A stretch of 64,000 nucleotides of DNA, taken from contig OZ024752.1 of the NCBI GenBank assembly GCA_964016885.1, forward strand, positions 26,040,001 through 26,104,000, written 5' to 3'. The stretch comes from Eledone cirrhosa. Lineage: Eukaryota. Position numbers and translations under genes: made by a program. Below are positions 11,915 through 22,220 of the stretch, piece by piece. The notes under the pieces were generated by a model. That model was not told where the DNA came from, ran no database searches, and worked only from the letters and a program-made list of their open reading frames with translations. Position 1 is the first letter of the stretch; each line of letters starts with the position of its first letter.

Positions 11915-12291
11915 CATAGATAAATAAATAGAAAGACACACACACACACATTGAACTTCAACAACTTCAGTTTCTATTACGCCTTGCATTCGTAATGACG
12001 CCTAAACGAAAAATAGTAGTCTACCAATATAGAGTGAGCTACGATTGAATAAATATAGAGGATCCTAGTCATACGTATTTAATTCCAACACGCTGCGTAA
12101 TTAGGCCCCATGAGGGCCTTTTCAGAAGCCCCCAATGAGGATTGAGTGTGTGTATGTTTGTCAGCGGGAAATTATAATTACGCCATAAAATGTATGGATG
12201 TATATATGCTTGTACGTATGTAGATATGTATGTTAGTTTATATGCGTGTGTATATATATATATATATAATATATATATATGTACATAAATT

Positions 12292-12330
<39 letters not shown>

Positions 12331-12430
12331 GTGTATATATATATATATATTTGTATATATGTACATATGTATGTATATATATATAAACACACACGCACAC
12401 ATATATATATATATATATACATATATACAC

Positions 12431-12467
<37 letters not shown>

Positions 12468-12529
12468 TATACATATATACATACATATATATACATATGT
12501 ACATATATATATACTTAAATATATATAAC

Positions 12530-12836
12530 TGTTTCTACTTTTGGCACAAGGCCAGCATTAACCAGTACATTACTGGTACTTTATTTTATCGACCCCGTAA
12601 GTATGAAAGGCAAAGTTAACCTCGGCGGGATTTGAACTCAGAATGGCAAGGGCCGTAACTCTATACGTCAAAGCATGGCGTCCGACCTTCTCCCAATACT
12701 GCCAATCCACCGCCCTACATATATATACTTAAATATATATAACTGTTTCTACTTTAGGCACAAGGCCAGCAATTACCCAGTACATTACTGGTACTTTATT
12801 TTATCGACCCCGTAAGGATGAAAGGCAAAGTCAACG
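12530..12836 (-). mobile_element. Nin/Deu SINE, one full copy plus one partial
   Basis: Reverse complement of the SINE consensus at 12530-12716 and 12740-12836. Confidence 0.85.
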
Positions 12837-12838
12837 AA

Positions 12839-12960
12839 TTAGTTTTGCGAGGTTTTTGATATGAAATCGTGTGTCGAAACAAATATTGTTATACTTGGGG
12901 AGGATCATATTTGTGTAATAATATTGCCAGAATTAATAACTGAACACACGCTTTTCGGAT
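12839..12960 (-). mobile_element. Small Penelope-like fragment (ORF start / terminal repeat junction)
   Basis: tgaaatcgtgtgtcgaaac...atattgttatacttggggaggatcat matches 37295-37340 of the Penelope element. Confidence 0.55.
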
Positions 12961-13045
12961 ATATATTTGTATATATATATACAAATATATATACAAATAT
13001 ATACAAATATATATATACATATATATACATATATATATAAATATA

Positions 13046-13109
<64 letters not shown>

Positions 13110-13140
13110 CATATATACATATGTACATATACATATATAC

Positions 13141-13174
<34 letters not shown>

Positions 13175-13189
13175 GTATATATAAAAATA

Positions 13190-13226
<37 letters not shown>

Positions 13227-13236
13227 GTATACATGT

Positions 13237-13271
<35 letters not shown>

Positions 13272-13479
13272 TTGTATACTCGCACTCACTTACGCCATAT
13301 GTACGCACACGTACACATAAATATATATGCGGATGTATATAACAGTATGATTATATCAATATATACATACATTTAGTTAGCTATCCATGTGTCTGTACGT
13401 GAGTTTGTTTGGGTATGTATTCTTCAATATACACACATACACACACATACACACACATACACAGATGTATATATATATT

Positions 13480-13520
<41 letters not shown>

Positions 13521-13558
13521 GCATATGCATATATATATATAAATACATATATATATAT

Positions 13559-13630
13559 AGGTGTCAAGTATGAAATTTGTAGAAATCTGGTTTCTTTCTA
13601 CGAATTTCTACAAATTTCATACTTGACTAC

Positions 13631-13693
<63 letters not shown>

Positions 13694-13766
13694 AGTAGTC
13701 AAGTATGAAATTTGTAGAAATTCGTAGAAAGAAACCAGAATTTTACAAATTTCATACTTGACACCT
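13559..13766. repeat. Nested palindrome: two inverted copies of a ~75-bp hairpin element around (TA)n
   Basis: Each arm has gtcaagtatgaaatttgtagaaat...atttctacaaatttcatacttgac. Arms 13559-13634 and 13691-13766 are near-perfect reverse complements. Confidence 0.9.
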
Positions 13767-14079
13767 ATATATATATTTATATATATATGCACATACATAC
13801 ATACATACATACATACATACATACATACCAGTGATGCACGTGTCGGCACATTGAGTAGCTTTGGGTGTGTTGGTGTCAAGACTATTGGTTCCAAGGGACG
13901 TAGGGTGACGTCATTGCATTCTTTGTATTTCCTTGGTGCTGTGTGTTGTTTATTTGAGCAGTGTGGGTGCCGTTAGTGTTGTTATTGGTGATGATGGTGC
14001 AGTATTGGTGATGACTGCGTGAGTGGGTGGTAACATCGTCACTGGTAGCAGGTGGATGTGGTGATTATTGGTGGTTGTG

Positions 14080-14335
14080 GTGGTAAATTGGCAGAGTCAT
14101 TAGAACGTCGGATAGGGTGCTTTGAAGTATTCGTTCCGACTCTCTTAATTCTATGAGTTCACATTCCGCCATAGTCAACTTCGCCTTTCATCCATTTAAG
14201 GTCGATAAAAAAAATACCAGTCAAGTACTGGGATCGATTCTTCATCCATGAGTTCAAATTCCGCCATGGTCACCTTTGCCTTTCATCCATTTAAGGTCGA
14301 TAAAATGAAATACCAGTGAAGTACTGGGGTCGATT
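14080..14335 (+). mobile_element. Diverged Nin/Deu SINE with duplicated B-box/core
   Basis: ttggcagagtcattagaacgtcgg...gagttcacattcc...gcctttcatccatttaaggtcgataaaa, with the second half repeated. Confidence 0.75.
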
Positions 14336-14629
14336 CTTTCTCTGTATCTCTTTTTCACTCGGAGGACGATATAATATGCCTTTGTTTAGTGGAACACCTT
14401 ACCGTACGTTCAAAGATACAGAGATACGTCATATTGGCTGAAATGTAGCAGTCCCTTGCTGTTGCTGTTGTTGTTACTGTTGTTGTTGTTGTTGTTGTCA
14501 AGGTCGGTGGCGGCAGTGGTAATGTTGATGATATTGGTGCTGGAGTCGGAGGTGACGGTAGTGGTGGTTGTTTGGGGAGATTTGCTTTGGGAGAATAATT
14601 GGAAGAGGATCCTATGTTAATGATAATTA

Positions 14630-14644
14630 TATTGATTGTGTTGG

Positions 14645-14675
<31 letters not shown>

Positions 14676-14827
14676 GGTGGTGGTGGTTCTGGTGGTGGTG
14701 CTTCTGGTTGTGGTGGTGGTGGTGGTGGTGCTGTTGGTGGTGCTGGTGCTGGTGCTGGTGATGGTGATGGTGGTGGTGGTGATGGTGATGGTGATGGTGG
14801 TGGTGCTGCTGGTGGTGGTGCTGGTGG

Positions 14828-14858
<31 letters not shown>

Positions 14859-14888
14859 GGTGGTGCTGGTGGTGGTGATGGTGGTGAG
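14630..14888. repeat. (GGT)n-rich microsatellite
   Basis: Directly visible. Confidence 0.95.
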
Positions 14889-15049
14889 GATCGTGATTTT
14901 GATTGCCAGTGGTCGCGTGATAATGACAGTTTCGGTTCCCAGCGGGACTTACCTCACGTCAAATATGTTTTCATCAGAACGAAAGGCATGACTATAAAAC
15001 AAATTACTTACATGCTTCCTATACGTTAGATATTGTTAGTATAATTGGG

Positions 15050-15600
15050 AAGAGTGGTGGGTTGGCAGTATTGGGAGAGGGTCGGACGCCATGCTTTGAC
15101 GCATAGAGTTACAGCCCTTGCCATTCTGAGTTCAAATCCCGCCGAGGTTTACTTTGCCTTTCATCCTTACGAGGTCGATAAAATAAAGTACCAGTAATGC
15201 ACTGGGTAATTGCTGGCCTTGTGCCTAAAGTACAAACAGTTATTATACTTGGGAAGTATTTTAGGGCGGTGGGTTGGCAAAATTGTTAGTGAGTTGGATA
15301 GAACATTTTAGAGCAGGTCTTTTCGAAGTGGGTGACGTGAGTGAAATTTAAAATTCTAACTTTAGGATTATTATTTGCTGGGTATGAGGGCGGTGGATTG
15401 GCAGTATCGGTAGACGTTCGGACGCCATGCTTTGCAGCATAGAGTTACGGGGTCGATAAAATAAAGTACTAGTCACGTACTGAAGTCGATTTAATCCGGC
15501 TCTCTGCTCTCTAAATTTCAAATCCAACCGAAGTCACCTTTACTTTTTATCCATTCGAAGCCAATAAAAGAAGTTATCAGTCACGTACTAGGGTCGATTC
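15050..15600 (+). mobile_element. Cluster of Nin/Deu SINE copies and fragments
   Basis: Full copy 15050-15246, partial heads at ~15262 and ~15386. Confidence 0.8.
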
Positions 15601-15949
15601 TTCATCTATATTTCTTTCTCACTGCCATCCCCTTCCTCTCTGTCCTTCTCTGGAGGCAGTCTGCTGTATTCAGACCTGGAGAGGATTGGGCTCCGTCAGA
15701 TTTTTAAATGCTCTTGAAGCTTCCTATGTCAATACTGGCTATGGATTTTGTACCCATGACTGACTTGCCATGATTTATTTCTCCAAGTCACAGGGTGTTT
15801 TGTGGAAAACCTGCAGTCACGCATGCTTACCTATGTTCTCTCTCTACACCATGGGTGTTACTAGAGCCTAAGCAAAGGTCGATCGAGCTTGGCACCAGTA
15901 TCGTCGCAACTCTTTTGTTTACCCAAGGCGCTGAGCTGGCCAGCCACAG

Positions 15950-16170
15950 GTGTGAGCCTCACGAGATGGAATGGCTCTTCCAGCGCATCTCCCTTACCAT
16001 CCTCCGGGGAAACGCCTTCTCCATTCTGTCCGCCGGGGCTGTGGAGCCGCCAGCACGTGGGACCCTATTTGCTCACTATACAGAGAGATGGGGAGGGCGA
16101 GAGAGATGGGGGTGATGATGGTGGGAGTTCGGCTCTTTCGTGTTCGGAGACATTGCACCTGTCAAGAGTG
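15950..16170 (+). mobile_element. 3' fragment of a CRE-like non-LTR retrotransposon
   Basis: Encodes EWLFQRISLTILRGNAFSIL, a typical CRE-clade C-terminus. The same sequence recurs at 25378-25530 (+) and 57790-57965 (-). Confidence 0.6.
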
Positions 16171-16329
16171 TATATTGATGTATTTATGTACTTGTCATGT
16201 TTATCGCATACTAAAATGACTGGAGCAACGTAAAATAAAGTCAAAGACACAATGCACCACACTGTCCTGGAACTGGACTGAAAACTTTACTATCGTCAGC
16301 AACCCTAACTACTAAGTCACGGGCCTTCA

Positions 16330-16420
16330 GGGTTAATAGAAGGTACTTGCACAAGGAGTCCCGCGGTGGGACGGAACTCAGAATCACATGATTGCGAGGT
16401 GAACTACTTAACCACACAGT
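16330..16420 (-). mobile_element. Head of a tRNA-derived CORE-type SINE
   Basis: acttgcacaagg...ggaactcag...cttaaccacacag. Similar heads at ~29560-29700 and ~30260-30376. Confidence 0.55.
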
Positions 16421-16436
16421 CTATAGATAGATAGAT

Positions 16437-16476
<40 letters not shown>

Positions 16477-16707
16477 ATTTCTATTTATTTGCCACGAGGG
16501 CACAAAAGAAGGGGACATTTACACAGTGGGGGAGTTTACATAAATCGAGTAAAGAAAAAAGGAATAACAATAATAATATAACAATAAAAAGTCCTCAAAA
16601 GGGAGGGGGCGTGTTGGGGATTGCACATACCCCCGAAAAGTGTGCAACTCTTTTCGCGGGGGAAGCCCAGAGAGGAGGCGCTCCCCCTTTCCTCTTCACT
16701 TCTTCAC

Positions 16708-19700
16708 CTACAGAACAATGTAGAGAGAAGGCCCATTTACACGGGCCATTCTCGCTTCTTTCACCCACCTTTCATAAAACTGTCTGGGACCAAGCACTTC
16801 TCTCTCCATCCTGATTCTTCTTCCGAAGTGGTATCGGAAGAAGTAAACCAGGTGATGGCCGGAGAGAAAGTCACCCGACCTCAGACCTTTCAGGCGCGTC
16901 CACCACACAACCTCTTTCATCATGGCTATTACGCACAGAAAGACCGCCTCTGCTTCATTTCTGAAGGGAGGAGGCGGCTTGATGTTCACCACAGACTCGG
17001 CGGTTAATCGAATCGGCGCCACACGCGACAGCAGTCGTTCGACGTAGCCCCACAGATCGGCAACGCCCGGGCAGTGTACCAGTGCATGCGCAACGGTTTC
17101 CTCGTCGCGCACGCATCTGGGACAGATCTTTTTCGCGGGATCCCTGCCCGGGCGTCCGTGTCTGTAGAGCTTTTCTCGAACGGGCAGAGCCCCCCGGTAA
17201 CACTGCCAGGCTAGGGACCTCTGGAAGTTGTCCATGGGTCCCGGGCCGAAAGTTCTACCGAACAGGCTGGCCAGTTCGTCCTCCTCCATGCCTAGCGACT
17301 CTCCAAGGGTGTCGTCGCCCCTGCTAGCCACCAACCCTCTATAGAATGTCGAGGTGGATTCTCCACTGACAGTCGGGTCCGCTTGCCAGATAGCCGTGAG
17401 CGCCTGGGCACACTCAGTGTGCCAGTTGCCCAGTTTTCTCGGTCTTTGCTTCACCCAGGATTGCAGTTCGGTGAGCGAGACGAGCTGTGGGAAGGCTCGC
17501 CTCACAAACGGGGCCCACACCGGCTGACCGTTGAGGAATACCTGTAGATGCCGTAGCCTCAATGCGTGCCTACGCATCAACAGCCACGGCATACCCAGCC
17601 CTCCTTTCGAAGGGTGCTGGCAGCAGATGGATCTCCTCACCATGGGAGGCCGCTTCTTCCAGAGGAACTGGAAGAGCATGCGTTCCATGATGGTGAGCTT
17701 TTCCTTGGGGCAAGGCACGACGGTCAGGCGGTAGTAGATGACGGACGCTATGTAAGCGTTCGTCACCTCCGCCCGACCTTTCAGTGATAGTTTGCACTTG
17801 GCCCACTTCTGGGTCAGCGCAAACACCCTGCTCGTCACCTCGCCCCAATTCTTCTCCACCTGGAGGTCCGGTCCGAACCAGACCCCGAGCAGCTTCACCG
17901 GGCCCTCTGTCCACCGCCCGACGACACCGTCTAACGGCATCGGTTTGCCCCTCCACGTTCCGAGTTGCAAACCGACTGACTTGTCCTGGTTCAGCTTAGC
18001 CCCCGTCAGCCTTTCGTATTCCTCCAGTAGGGTGGCGATCGCCCCGATTTCCGAGGCGTCCGCCACCATTACTGTTACGTCGTCGGCATAGGCCGAGACC
18101 GCTTTGTGCAATCCCGGTTCCAGGGGTATGCCCCGCAGCAACTCCAACTTCCGCAGCAGTGGCTCGAGAGTCAATACGTACAGAAGGGAGGAGAGGGGGC
18201 ACCCCTGTCTGATGGATCGGGTGATTTGAAACGGCTCCGAGAGGTAGCCGTTTACTTTAATCCTAGAGTAGATGTTGCCACTGTGCATGGCAGAAATCCA
18301 GCCCCTGAAAACGGGTCCGAAGCCCGCCGCCGCTAGCACCGCATCCAGGTAACCATGGTCGACCCTATCGAACGCCTTAGATTGATCCAAGTTGATCAGG
18401 GCCCCACCAAAGCCGGGTTCGTAGCCAACCCTCTCTATGATGTATCGCATGAGGTGGAGGTTGTCGTGAATGGACCTGGACGGGATAGCGCATGTCTGCG
18501 CGTCTCCCACCAAACCACCCACCACAAGCGCCAACCTCTTCGCCAACACCTTGGCCAAAATCTGTAACTCTGCATTCAGCAGAGTTATGGGCCTAAAGTT
18601 ACTTAAGTCGTCCCCCTTGCTCTCGTCCTTCCTCACTAGCGTGACCACGCCCTTGGTCACAGAACAGGGAATTCTCCCGTTCTGTTGCCAGTTGCAGTAG
18701 ACAGCCTCGAGGAGTTCGGAGAACAAGACCGGCATAGCTAAATAAAGTTCGTATGGTAGACCATCGAGACCCGGGGATTTGCGTCTGCTGCATTGGCTGA
18801 GCGCTTCCCCGATTTCAGTGGCTGTGATTGGCCCTTCGCAGCACTCCGCTTCGCCGCTCGAAAGACGCGGTAGACCGTCGAGGTATGGACCGAAGTCCAC
18901 ATCCCCGTCCGGCCCCCCGCCACCTCCGAACAGTCGAGCAAAGTGCCTTTGAAAGGTCTCGCACATTCGCTCAGGTTCAAGGATCACCCGTCCATCCTGG
19001 TCTCGCAAAGACCGAATGGTGGATTTAATCCCACTCTTGGCTTCTGTCACGCGGGCCCAGCTAACAGCTTTGGTCCCCTCGTTTCCTAAAGCACGTATTT
19101 TACTTCGGACAACGCAGCCTTCGTGCTTCGCGTCAAAGAACTGGCTCAATGCCGTTCTCGTCGCTAACACTCTGGCTACGTCTCCGCTCCTAATCGCCTC
19201 TTCTAGTTTATCTGTTAACTCCCTTTCCCTCCTATTTCTATTCGCCGCTAGTTCCTTACTGTAACCTATCGAACTTACTCTAATCTCTCTCTTTAGAGAT
19301 ATCCACCACCTACTGTTGACGATCGCTCCCGTCAACCGCATCTTAACTAAGCTACTAATCCGGTTTCTGTAATCTTTCTTTGTCGGTAAGGACAAGTTCA
19401 TCTTCCAGTAACCGGGACCCTGTCTATGCGTTCTATCAAGGTTGACCACGCAGGTCACTAATTTGTGATCTGAATAGCCAACCATGATCAGTTCTGGACA
19501 ACTAAATACGTCCCTATCCTTACTCCTAACCAAAAACCTATCTAGGTACGATCTAGATTGTCCACTGCGGTTTGCCCAGGTCCAGGTTGGCGCAGTTGGA
19601 CAATCTAGTCGAAATCTATCGACCAGGTCGAATCGATCGAGTAACCCCTTGAGGCTGCTACACCCCCCTCTATCGGGACATGCCCCTGCATAGTCCCAAC

Positions 19701-20136
19701 GCGCATCTAGGATTCCATTCCAGTCCCCCACTAAAAGCAGGGAACGCGACGTTCCTAGAAAAGTCTCCAGACGTTGGAAGAAGTCGGCTCTCTCCGCCCC
19801 GAAGGGAGCATAAAGACCGACCAGTCTGAAAGCCCCGCCTTCACCACCTCCGACGTCCAGCACCAGTAATCGACCCCCCGGGTCCGAGTGAACAATCTGT
19901 ACGTCGAGAGTCAGACGTTTATCCAGCAGTACGGCAACTCCCCCCCCGCCTCCGGGTTGACAGAGAGATGCGTGCATCTCAAAGTCATCGAAGGCGGGCG
20001 CCAGCTGTCTCACGCTGCTGATCCGACTCTCGCAAACAACCATCACATCTATACTTTGTGACCTGAGGTCACTTAGAAGCTTTGCTTGCTTCCAAGCTGA
20101 GCTCAGGCCACGCGCGTTCAAACAGCCAACTCTCAA
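16708..20136 (-). CDS. Tx1 ORF2: APE endonuclease, reverse transcriptase, C-terminal Cys/His motif (1142 aa)
   Basis: CLNARG, GDWN, YLDRF, SDH (APE); SPGLDG, FRPITLLN, DQSKAFD, IRQGCPLS, YADD (RT); CPRC..EETVAHALVHC. No ATG at the start (ATA/TTG). Confidence 0.93.
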   Translation of the reverse strand: MRVGCLNARGLSSAWKQAKLLSDLRSQSIDVMVVCESRISSVRQLAPAFDDFEMHASLCQPGGGGGVAVLLDKRLTLDVQIVHSDPGGRLLVLDVGGGEGGAFRLVGLYAPFGAERADFFQRLETFLGTSRSLLLVGDWNGILDARWDYAGACPDRGGCSSLKGLLDRFDLVDRFRLDCPTAPTWTWANRSGQSRSYLDRFLVRSKDRDVFSCPELIMVGYSDHKLVTCVVNLDRTHRQGPGYWKMNLSLPTKKDYRNRISSLVKMRLTGAIVNSRWWISLKREIRVSSIGYSKELAANRNRRERELTDKLEEAIRSGDVARVLATRTALSQFFDAKHEGCVVRSKIRALGNEGTKAVSWARVTEAKSGIKSTIRSLRDQDGRVILEPERMCETFQRHFARLFGGGGGPDGDVDFGPYLDGLPRLSSGEAECCEGPITATEIGEALSQCSRRKSPGLDGLPYELYLAMPVLFSELLEAVYCNWQQNGRIPCSVTKGVVTLVRKDESKGDDLSNFRPITLLNAELQILAKVLAKRLALVVGGLVGDAQTCAIPSRSIHDNLHLMRYIIERVGYEPGFGGALINLDQSKAFDRVDHGYLDAVLAAAGFGPVFRGWISAMHSGNIYSRIKVNGYLSEPFQITRSIRQGCPLSSLLYVLTLEPLLRKLELLRGIPLEPGLHKAVSAYADDVTVMVADASEIGAIATLLEEYERLTGAKLNQDKSVGLQLGTWRGKPMPLDGVVGRWTEGPVKLLGVWFGPDLQVEKNWGEVTSRVFALTQKWAKCKLSLKGRAEVTNAYIASVIYYRLTVVPCPKEKLTIMERMLFQFLWKKRPPMVRRSICCQHPSKGGLGMPWLLMRRHALRLRHLQVFLNGQPVWAPFVRRAFPQLVSLTELQSWVKQRPRKLGNWHTECAQALTAIWQADPTVSGESTSTFYRGLVASRGDDTLGESLGMEEDELASLFGRTFGPGPMDNFQRSLAWQCYRGALPVREKLYRHGRPGRDPAKKICPRCVRDEETVAHALVHCPGVADLWGYVERLLSRVAPIRLTAESVVNIKPPPPFRNEAEAVFLCVIAMMKEVVWWTRLKGLRSGDFLSGHHLVYFFRYHFGRRIRMEREVLGPRQFYERWVKEARMARVNGPSLYIVL

Positions 20137-20141
20137 TTGAT

Positions 20142-21977
20142 CTATTTTGGTGTTGAAAGTGAAGAAAGAAAAGCACTTACCTCTCCGGGTGGCGTAATTT
20201 CCATGGCATCAGGTGTGTTGGGTGGAGGGATGTTTTGTGGTGGTGTGGGGGTACACGTGTGTGGTGGGGTTGGGGTATTTGGAGTTGTGTCAGGGAGAGG
20301 GGCGGTTATGGGGAAATCTTTCAAGAGGACGCGATTCAACGGTTTTAAACAGGGGGGGCTCACGTCCCGTCTAAATTGTTCTTTTAAGGAACGATAAAGG
20401 TCCAGAGGGACCTTTATCATTTTTAAATGGGTGAAGTTCTCTGTTGAGATAAAGTTTGGCCCTTCGGTCTGCACCATAGGGTTATTGTTTATTAATTTAA
20501 CCAGTTTTTTGTTTTCTTTATTTATATATGTGTATTGCAACGTCTTTTTTTGTGATGCTGTCAATGTTTCGGAGAGGGGAGGCGCAGATTTATTTTTGTT
20601 TGTTGAGGGTGGGGTGTTTTTGATTGGAGTTGGTGTTTGTGTGTGGGTTATTTGTGGTGTGCTGGGTGTGTGTTTTCTTTTTTTTCTTTTAACTTGTCTG
20701 AAGGCTTCTCCTCCTTCTTCTTCAGAAGTTGGGGGAAACTCTTCAGCGCTAGGTGGGAGGGACGTGTTGTGTGGTTGTTTTTTTTTTGCGGGAGGGGTAG
20801 ATTTGTTACTGTTTTTTTTATTATTTGTTTGGAATGGGTTTTGTGGTGGTGGTGGTGGTAATGTTTGTGTCGTGCTTGTGGTTGGTAATGGTGGTGGTGA
20901 TGTTTGTGTTGTGGTTGGTGGTGGTGATTTTTGTGTCGTGCTTGTGTTTGGTGCTGGTGGTGGTGATGTTTGTGTTGTGTTTGTGGTTGGTGGTGTCTGT
21001 ATTTTGTTTGCTGTGTGTGGTATTAGTGTATTTTTGGAGGTGGGTGGTGCTGGTGTACTGTTTGTGGTGGGTGTGGGCAATAGTCCTTTTTGGGGGATAC
21101 GTTTCGGGCAGTTAGCCTTAACGTGTCCCCTTTCCATGCATAAATAGCATGCTGGTCTTCTCCCCTCTACAATTATGTCTATTGGGGTAAGGTCATCCAG
21201 CCAGATGCGATCCGGGATTTGTGCTATTCTTTCGGGCCTCATTTGGACTAGTATGTCGAGGCCCATTCCCAGGAACGCATCTCCAGTTGCCTTCCCCATT
21301 GACAGCATAGTGTCTTCGCCCATATCAATGAAGCCAGCAATAGCCCACCAGAAGTCCATTGTGGGCAGCATTGTTTTTACTTTTATTCTCTGAGTTCTTC
21401 TACCCATGTAGGAGGGATAGAAGCTATATGTTGTCGACGAGAGTGGGCTTAGGGAAAGCTGAACCGCCGTTTCTTTGTCTCTTGTTAGGACCGAAATGCT
21501 GCCATAGAGTCGGTCCTTTCGTATGAAGAGAATATTCTTCATATAGTCTTTTAGGACTAACTCTATTTCCATTTGGCTGGGCTGTGCTGGCTTTCTTGAC
21601 TGGTTTAGTATAGTTCTGTATATAACTGTGTTTTCTGCTCTGGCTTTCTTGAATTCTGGGGGGGAGTTAATGGAAAACATTCCGTTTTCCCCCAAAACAA
21701 TATGTTTCTTTGCTTCGGCCAGTTTTTCTCTGGCGGCAGTTAGGTCAATTGGTGTGTATGTAATGGATTGCTTTGTTTTCTGGGCGAAAGTTGCCCTGTC
21801 GTTATTTGTATTATTTTCTGTTTGTTTGTTTTCTGTTTGCTCATTTTCCTTAACATTTGTTTTTTCATTTTGTTTGTTTGTTTCAATGTCTAATTTTGTT
21901 GTAATTATTTTTTGTTCTTCAGACTTGGGGGGCGTGGCAGAGCTAATGGCAGACATGTCTGCCATCTTTTCCGCCAT
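20142..21977 (-). CDS. Tx1 ORF1: gag-like nucleic acid-binding protein
   Basis: Open frame from ATG (MAEKMAD...). CYLCMERGHVKANC knuckle, Pro/Thr-rich linker, basic KRKKRK motif; homologous to family A ORF1 (YPSYMGRRT vs YPSHMGKRT). Confidence 0.9.
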   Translation of the reverse strand: MAEKMADMSAISSATPPKSEEQKIITTKLDIETNKQNEKTNVKENEQTENKQTENNTNNDRATFAQKTKQSITYTPIDLTAAREKLAEAKKHIVLGENGMFSINSPPEFKKARAENTVIYRTILNQSRKPAQPSQMEIELVLKDYMKNILFIRKDRLYGSISVLTRDKETAVQLSLSPLSSTTYSFYPSYMGRRTQRIKVKTMLPTMDFWWAIAGFIDMGEDTMLSMGKATGDAFLGMGLDILVQMRPERIAQIPDRIWLDDLTPIDIIVEGRRPACYLCMERGHVKANCPKRIPQKGLLPTPTTNSTPAPPTSKNTLIPHTANKIQTPPTTNTTQTSPPPAPNTSTTQKSPPPTTTQTSPPPLPTTSTTQTLPPPPPQNPFQTNNKKNSNKSTPPAKKKQPHNTSLPPSAEEFPPTSEEEGGEAFRQVKRKKRKHTPSTPQITHTQTPTPIKNTPPSTNKNKSAPPLSETLTASQKKTLQYTYINKENKKLVKLINNNPMVQTEGPNFISTENFTHLKMIKVPLDLYRSLKEQFRRDVSPPCLKPLNRVLLKDFPITAPLPDTTPNTPTPPHTCTPTPPQNIPPPNTPDAMEITPPGEVSAFLSSLSTPK

Positions 21978-22178
21978 GCTGCCAAGAAAGAAATTTTTCG
22001 GCAAAAATAGATATTTATTTTACCCCCTAAAAAGGGGGTAAATGCAAAAATGTTTCCCTAAATAACAGGGGTTAGTGTTCCAAATGTGTTGCACTAAAAA
22101 ATTTATCCGGTACTTACAATAGTAAGGGTAAATCCCGATGGAATAGCGGAGCCGATGCGAAGCGTGTCTTACTCTATC

Positions 22179-22220
<42 letters not shown>

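Larger units (their letters stand above)
16475..22180 (-). mobile_element. Full-length Tx1-clade LINE, family B, both ORFs open
   Basis: ~200-nt 5'UTR, ORF1, ORF2 and a 3'UTR with AATAAA. Flanked on both sides by (GATA)n (16421-16474, 22181-22220). Confidence 0.95.

Noticed and set aside
12095-12135. Hairpin ggccc/gggcc after CTGAAAA on the minus strand as a hammerhead
   Set aside because: Both core boxes deviate (no GAAA, G8 missing).
12230-13342. YI/CV/HT-repeat ORFs (also near 22655-23443, 26744-27647, 55852-56698, 62792-63722)
   Set aside because: Dinucleotide repeats that lack stop codons.
20142-20180. 39-nt mini-intron from GTAAGT to the ORF1 stop TAG that might fuse ORF1 to ORF2
   Set aside because: Removal keeps the ORF1 frame and gives GAG ATC AAT TGA, so no fusion; it is also very short for an intron.
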